DNA from: Rubrivivax sp.
Lineage (GTDB): Bacteria > Pseudomonadota > Gammaproteobacteria > Burkholderiales > Burkholderiaceae_C
DNA length: 55,023 bases
Reading direction: 5' to 3'
Assembly: GCA_031365825.1 (NCBI GenBank)
Contig: JANLYV010000162.1
Location: 1 to 55,023, forward strand
The first letter of the stretch is position 1. Each line of letters starts with the position of its first letter. Both the position numbers and the translations under genes were made by a program. Below the pieces are notes generated by a model. The model saw only the letters and a list, made by a program, of their open reading frames with translations. It had not been told where the DNA came from and did no database searches. This document shows positions 48,817 to 55,023 of the stretch, piece by piece.

Positions 48817-50349
48817 TCAGGCCACAGGCCGCAACGCGAATCGCACCACGAACAGGGCACCCGGGCCCTGCGGCGGCGGCTTGCCGTTGGCGTCGCGCAG
48901 CGTCACCGTGCCCTCGTGTTTGTCGACGATCTCCTTCACGATCGCCAGGCCCAGTCCGCTGCCATCGACCGGCCCGCCGAGCACGCGATAGAACGGCCGG
49001 AACACCGCCTCGCGTTCGGCCACGGCCACACCCGGGCCGCTGTCTTCGACCTCCAGCCAGGTGGCCGCCGCCGCACGGTCGACGCGAACCCGCGCCGTCA
49101 CCGCGCCGCCGTCCGGTGTGTACAGCAGCGCGTTGTCAACGAGGTTGCGCACCATCTCGCGCACCAGCACCGGGTGCGCGAGCATCGGTGCCGTGCCACC
49201 GTCGGCCGGGCCTTCGAAGCCGAGGTCGATGTGCTTGGCCAGCGCGCGCGGCACGAAGTCGCGCACCGTCTCCATCGTGACCTGCGCCAGGTCGACGAGC
49301 TCGCGCTGCAAGGCCTGGCCTTCGTCCTCGGCGCGCGCCATCGCCAGCAACTGGTTGACCATGTTCGCTGCGCGCTGGCTGGAGATGGCGATCTGCTGCA
49401 GCGCGTGTTTCACGGCCTCGGCGTGGCCGGTCTGGTCGTCACCCACGCTGCTGAGCGCGCGTTCAAGCTGGCGTTCGGCGAACTCGGCCTGCATGCGCAG
49501 CCCGGCCAGCGGCGTCTTCAGCTGATGTGCGGCGTCGGCCAGGAAGTGACGCTGCCCGGCGATCGACTTGTCCAGCCGCTGCAGCACGTCGTTGATGGCC
49601 GCCACCAGCGGCGCCACTTCCTCGGGCACGTCACCCTCGGGAATCGGGCTGAGGTCACCACTGTCGCGGCGACGAATACGCTGCTGCAATTCCGACAAGG
49701 GCTTGATCGCGCGCGACAGCGCGAACCACACCAGCAGCACCGCCACCGGCAGCACCACGAACTGCGGCAGGATCACGCCCTTGATGATTTCGGTGGCCAG
49801 TTGCGAGCGCTTGTCCAGGCCTTCGGCCACCTGCACCAGGGCGCTGCGCTCGTTGCCCGGTGTGCCGATGGGCAACCAGACATAGGCCACGCGCACCGGT
49901 TCCTCGCGCACCACGTCGTCGCGGTAACGCACCACGTTGTCGGGCCGGTCTTCGAGCGCCGGCACATGCAGGCTGGCTTCGCCCGCGAGCAGCTCGCCGC
50001 GCGGCCCCAGCAGCTGGAAGTAGATCAGCCCTTCGTCTTCCACACGCACCAGCTGCGTGGCCGTGCGCTCCAGGCGCCGCACCATCGGCGCGCCCTGCAT
50101 CGGGCGTCCGCTGGCCAACTCACCGGCCACCTCGTGCGCCAGCGTGCGTGTGAGTTCGCCAAGTTCGCGGTCGTAGGGCCGGTTGGCGATGCCCTGGGCC
50201 ACGAGCCAGGTCAGAGCCACGCTCAGTGGCCAGATCATCAGCAGCGGCGCCAGCATCCAGTCGAGGATCTCGCCGAACAGCGAGCGCTGCCCATGCGCGG
50301 GTGCCGCTTTCGCGGCAGCTCCTGCCGGGCGCACCGGGGGATCAGTCAA
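48817..50349 (-). CDS. Sensor histidine kinase (TctE-like)
   Basis: Two TM, HAMP, AAHQLKTPL, NLVDNA, DSGPG, GSGLGL. Confidence 0.92.
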   Translation of the reverse strand: MTDPPVRPAGAAAKAAPAHGQRSLFGEILDWMLAPLLMIWPLSVALTWLVAQGIANRPYDRELGELTRTLAHEVAGELASGRPMQGAPMVRRLERTATQLVRVEDEGLIYFQLLGPRGELLAGEASLHVPALEDRPDNVVRYRDDVVREEPVRVAYVWLPIGTPGNERSALVQVAEGLDKRSQLATEIIKGVILPQFVVLPVAVLLVWFALSRAIKPLSELQQRIRRRDSGDLSPIPEGDVPEEVAPLVAAINDVLQRLDKSIAGQRHFLADAAHQLKTPLAGLRMQAEFAERQLERALSSVGDDQTGHAEAVKHALQQIAISSQRAANMVNQLLAMARAEDEGQALQRELVDLAQVTMETVRDFVPRALAKHIDLGFEGPADGGTAPMLAHPVLVREMVRNLVDNALLYTPDGGAVTARVRVDRAAAATWLEVEDSGPGVAVAEREAVFRPFYRVLGGPVDGSGLGLAIVKEIVDKHEGTVTLRDANGKPPPQGPGALFVVRFALRPVA

Positions 50350-51017
50350 GCGTTGATCTTCTCAAGGCAGTAGCCCAGGCCGCGCACCGTGGCAATGCGC
50401 ACCGGGCCATGTTCGATCTTCTTGCGCAGGCGGTGGATGTAGACCTCGATGGCGTTGTTGCTGACCTCCTCGCCCCACTCGCACAGCCGCTCCACCAGTT
50501 GCTCTTTGCTGACCAGCCGGCCGGCGCGCTGCAACAGCACTTCCAGCAGGCTCAGTTCGCGTGCCGAGAGTTCGAGCATCTGGTCGTTGATGAAAGCCAC
50601 GCGCCCGGTGGCGTCGAAGCTCAGCGGCCCGTGTTTGATGATGTTCGAGGCCGTGCCCAGGCCGCGCCTAGTGAGCGCACGCACCCGCGCTTCGAGCTCC
50701 TGCAGCGAGAACGGCTTGGCCATGTAGTCGTCGGCGCCGAGGTCCAGGCCTTTGACGCGCTGCTCGACGCTGTCGGCTGCGGTGAGGATCAGCACCGGCA
50801 TGCTCGAGCCGCGCGCGCGCAGCTTGCGCAGCACCTCGAAGCCATGCAGCCGGGGCAGCCCGAGGTCGAGGATCACCAGGTCGAATTCGTGCGAGGCCAG
50901 CGCCGCGTCGGCCTCGTTGCCGTCGCCGACACGGTCGACCGCATAACCCGACGCGCGCAGCGAGCGCAGCAGGCCGTCGGCCAGCACCTGGTCGTCTTCG
51001 GCAATGAGGATGCGCAT
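50346..51017 (-). CDS. OmpR-family response regulator (TctD-like)
   Basis: AEDD, ILDLGLP, GADDYMAKPF, IEVYIHRLRKK, TVRGLGY. Confidence 0.93.
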   Translation of the reverse strand: MRILIAEDDQVLADGLLRSLRASGYAVDRVGDGNEADAALASHEFDLVILDLGLPRLHGFEVLRKLRARGSSMPVLILTAADSVEQRVKGLDLGADDYMAKPFSLQELEARVRALTRRGLGTASNIIKHGPLSFDATGRVAFINDQMLELSARELSLLEVLLQRAGRLVSKEQLVERLCEWGEEVSNNAIEVYIHRLRKKIEHGPVRIATVRGLGYCLEKINA

Positions 51018-51165
51018 GGTTCTTGTCTCCTGCAGGTGCCTCGCTGAGCGGCCGCCTTGGCTTGGCGGCTCTGCCCCATTCTAGGAGCCGCCTCCGCCGT
51101 CACACCTCTGTGTGTGCCCTCTTGCGGGGGCGTCGTTTGCGGGTCTCATCCCTCTTCGTGGGGCA

Positions 51166-51181
51166 CTGTACAAACATCCAG
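51166..51181. promoter_or_regulatory. LexA (SOS) box in the recA promoter
   Basis: CTGT-ACAAACAT-CCAG (CTG-N10-CAG), located over the -35 position of a GATAAT -10 box at 51189-51194. Confidence 0.85.
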
Positions 51182-51261
51182 CTTTGGTGATAATGCGGCC
51201 AGCCGTTGAACACCCATCCCACACCCACCCCGCACCCGCCAAGCAGCTCAGGAGAACCGAC

Positions 51262-52308
<1,047 letters not shown>

Positions 52309-52317
52309 GGCCGGGCC

Positions 52318-52860
52318 ATGCCGCTGGCCGTGGCCCCGACGGGGCTGTCGATCAAAGGCCGCGCGCTGCGCTACCTGGCGCAGCGCGAACATTCGCGCGC
52401 CGAACTCGAACGCAAGCTGCGGCGGGCCTTGTCGCGCCGCGAACCAGGCGACGACGAAGGCGACGGCGGCATCCCCATCGACAACGACGTCGACGCCGCT
52501 GAGCCACCCCTGGCGCAGCAGATCGCCGCGGCGCTGGACGAACTCACCGCCAAAGGATTCCTCAGCGACGAGCGCGCGGCGGCACAGCTGCTGTCGAGCA
52601 AGGCGCCTCGCTTCGGCGTCAATCGTTTGCGCCGCGAGATGCAGCTCAAGGGGCTGGACGCTGGCTTGATCGCGACCACGCTGGCGCAGGCCAAAGCGGG
52701 GGAACTGACGCACGCACGCGCGGTCTGGCGCCGCAAGTTCGGCCAGTTGCCGCCGGACGCCAAGTCCTACGGCAAACAGCAGCGTTTCCTCGCCGCACGT
52801 GGCTTTTCGGGCGAGCTCATCCGGCGAATCTTGCGCGAGCCTGACAGCGACGAAGCCTGA
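52318..52860 (+). CDS. recX: Regulatory protein RecX
   Basis: ALRYLAQREHSRAELERKL, LSDER, RKFG, RFLAARGF. Confidence 0.93.
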   Translation: MPLAVAPTGLSIKGRALRYLAQREHSRAELERKLRRALSRREPGDDEGDGGIPIDNDVDAAEPPLAQQIAAALDELTAKGFLSDERAAAQLLSSKAPRFGVNRLRREMQLKGLDAGLIATTLAQAKAGELTHARAVWRRKFGQLPPDAKSYGKQQRFLAARGFSGELIRRILREPDSDEA

Positions 52861-52876
52861 GCTTGAAGGGTCCCGT

Positions 52877-52900
52877 TGCTGCGCAGCAGCATGCTACATT
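52877..52900 (+). promoter_or_regulatory. Palindrome next to an extended -10 box upstream of DUF2889-sucCD
   Basis: TGCTGCGCAGCA (52877-52888); TG-n-TACATT at 52892-52900. Confidence 0.4.
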
Positions 52901-53002
52901 CGCCGCCGCACTTGCAGCCCAGCTCGCAGCCGAATCTGCCGCGCAGCTTGCAAGCCCGGGCGCTGCTGCCGCAGCTCCCGCATCGACCCACACGCATCAC
53001 CG

Positions 53003-53575
53003 ATGACGCTTCCCGCCGCGGCGCCGCACCGCCAGCTCAAGCACCGCCGCCAGTTCGATGTGCAGGTGTTTTCGCGTGGTGATGGCCTGTGGGAAGTCGA
53101 CGCCGTGCTGATCGACACCAAGACGCGTGACGCACGCCTGGCCTCCGGGCCAAGGCCCGCCGGCACCCCCATCCACGAGATGCAGCTGCGCCTGGTGGTC
53201 GATGAGCAGCTCGTCATCCGCGAAGCCGGCGCGCAGACGCACTGGATGCCCTACCCGCCGTTTTGTGCCGAGCACGGCGACGCCTATGCCCGGCTCGTCG
53301 GCCTGAACCTGGGCAAGGGCTTTCGCGCGAGCCTGCGCGAGCGCCTGGGCGGCGTGCTCGGCTGCACCCACATCACCGAGCTGGCGCAGGTGCTGCCCAC
53401 GGCCGTGATCCAGGCCTTTGCCGGCGAAGTCATCGATACGCGCGGCGATGGCGACGTGCGGCCCTACCAGATCGACCGCTGCCACGCCCTGCGCAGCGAC
53501 GGCACCGTGGTGCAGACCTACTACCCACGCTGGTACCGCGCCGGCGCGAGCACGCGCGACACCGCTAACGAATGA
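53003..53575 (+). CDS. DUF2889-family protein
   Basis: H.R, RGDGLWEVDA.L.DTK, HEM.LRL, MPYP..C, GV.GCTH.TEL, IDRCHAL. Confidence 0.82.
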   Translation: MTLPAAAPHRQLKHRRQFDVQVFSRGDGLWEVDAVLIDTKTRDARLASGPRPAGTPIHEMQLRLVVDEQLVIREAGAQTHWMPYPPFCAEHGDAYARLVGLNLGKGFRASLRERLGGVLGCTHITELAQVLPTAVIQAFAGEVIDTRGDGDVRPYQIDRCHALRSDGTVVQTYYPRWYRAGASTRDTANE

Positions 53576-53592
53576 AGTGAGAGGAGCCACGA

Positions 53593-54759
53593 ATGAAGAT
53601 CCACGAGTACCAGGCCAAGGAGCTGCTGCGCGCCCATGGCGTGCCGGTGCCGCGCGGTTATGCCGCGTTTACCGTGCAAGAGGCGATTGAGGCGGCGCAG
53701 AAGCTCGGTGGCGCGGTCTGGGTCGTGAAGGCGCAGATCCATGCCGGTGGCCGCGGCAAGGGGGGTGGCGTGAAGCTGGCGCGCTCGGTGGACGAGGTGA
53801 AAACCATCGCCGGCCAGATCCTGGGCATGCAGCTCGTGACGCACCAGACCGGCCCCGCCGGCCAGAAGGTGCGCCGCCTTCTCGTCGAAGAAGGTGCCGA
53901 CATCAAGAAGGAGTACTACGTCGCCGCGCTCACCGACCGCGCGACGCAGAAGGTGGCGATGATGGCCAGCTCCGAAGGCGGCATGGACATCGAAGAGGTG
54001 GCGCACAAGACGCCGGAAAAGATCCTCAAGATCTTCATCGACCCGCTGCTCGGCCTCGCCGACGCTCAGGCCAGGGAGCTGGCGCGTGGCATCGGCGTGC
54101 CCGAAGCCAGCCAGGCGGCAGCCTGCAAGGTGTTCCAGCAGCTCTACAGCTGCTACATGGACAGCGACGCCAGCCTGGCCGAGATCAACCCGATGATTCT
54201 CGAAGGCTCGGGCGCGATCAAGGCGCTGGACGCGAAGTTCAACTTCGACGCCAACGCGCTCTTCCGCCACCCCGACATCGTGGCCTGGCGCGACCTCGAC
54301 GAAGAAGACCCGGCCGAAGTCGAAGCCAGCAAGTTCGACCTGTCCTACATCAGCCTGGACGGCAACATCGGCTGTCTGGTCAACGGCGCGGGCCTGGCGA
54401 TGGCGACGATGGACACCATCAAGCTCTTCGGCGGTGAGCCGGCTAACTTTCTGGATGTGGGTGGCGGCGCTACCGCCGAGAAGGTCACCGAGGCCTTCAA
54501 GATCATGCTCGCCAACAAGAACGTGAAGGGCATCCTGGTCAACATCTTCGGCGGCATCATGAAATGCGACACCATCGCCGAAGGCATCATCGCCGCGTGC
54601 AAGGCGGTGAACCTGTCGGTGCCGCTGGTGGTGCGCATGAAGGGCACCAACGACGAGCTCGGCCGCAAGATCCTGGACGAGTCGGGACTGCCGATCATCA
54701 GCGCCAACAACATGGCCGAAGCGGCGGAGAAGGTCGTCGCCGCCGCCAAGGGCCGCTGA
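53593..54759 (+). CDS. sucC: Succinyl-CoA ligase beta subunit
   Basis: [42 protein letters not shown]. Confidence 0.98.
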   Translation: MKIHEYQAKELLRAHGVPVPRGYAAFTVQEAIEAAQKLGGAVWVVKAQIHAGGRGKGGGVKLARSVDEVKTIAGQILGMQLVTHQTGPAGQKVRRLLVEEGADIKKEYYVAALTDRATQKVAMMASSEGGMDIEEVAHKTPEKILKIFIDPLLGLADAQARELARGIGVPEASQAAACKVFQQLYSCYMDSDASLAEINPMILEGSGAIKALDAKFNFDANALFRHPDIVAWRDLDEEDPAEVEASKFDLSYISLDGNIGCLVNGAGLAMATMDTIKLFGGEPANFLDVGGGATAEKVTEAFKIMLANKNVKGILVNIFGGIMKCDTIAEGIIAACKAVNLSVPLVVRMKGTNDELGRKILDESGLPIISANNMAEAAEKVVAAAKGR

Positions 54760-54777
54760 ACGCGCAATGGGCACGAG

Positions 54778-55023
54778 ATGTCTATCCTGATCAACCGGAA
54801 CACGAGGGTGATGACCCAGGGCATCACCGGCAAGACCGGCCAGTTCCATACCCGCGCGTGTCGCGACTATGCGAACGGGCGCGAATGCTACGTCGCCGGG
54901 GTGAATCCGAAGAAGGCCGGCGAGGACTTCGAAGGCATTCCGATCTATGCGACCGTGCGCGAGGCGAAGGAAGCTACCGGCGCCAACGTGAGCGTGATCT
55001 ACGTGCCGCCGCCGGGTGCCGCG
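54778..55023 (+). CDS. sucD: Succinyl-CoA ligase alpha subunit (partial, runs off the window)
   Basis: [40 protein letters not shown]. Confidence 0.96.
   Translation, partial: MSILINRNTRVMTQGITGKTGQFHTRACRDYANGRECYVAGVNPKKAGEDFEGIPIYATVREAKEATGANVSVIYVPPPGAA

Overview
GC-rich chromosomal window. Gene content and order (gatCAB divergent from mreBCD-mrdA-rodA, a two-component pair divergent from recA-recX, then DUF2889-sucCD, xth/pyrE, phaM) point to a Burkholderiales betaproteobacterium, probably Rubrivivax/Ideonella-like; this assignment is inference. There are about 57 densely packed CDSs. The right third is core housekeeping. The left two-thirds holds a GGDEF-EAL protein, a double-AAA+ ATPase, phaM-FIST-glcDE-methyltransferase-glcF, mnmA coupled to a GNAT/MacAB-like ABC/MFS operon, a Liv-type ABC importer, and two convergent MCE (lipid-transport-type) systems: split pqiA-pqiB-pqiC and an mlaE-mlaD-TPR lipoprotein module with no ATPase. 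I saw no rRNA, tRNA, CRISPR array, transposase, integrase or phage gene. The most unusual signals are small and non-coding: (1) a ~115-bp hairpin-rich insert between the two pqiA halves, flanked by a CATGAG duplication and carrying a mini-ORF that keeps ATGA translational coupling on both sides; (2) a self-nested REP-like palindrome; (3) an 11-bp junction duplication that makes an M-N-A-stop relay; (4) putative sigma28, sigma32 and LexA sites. All family calls come from motif recognition by eye, not database searches.
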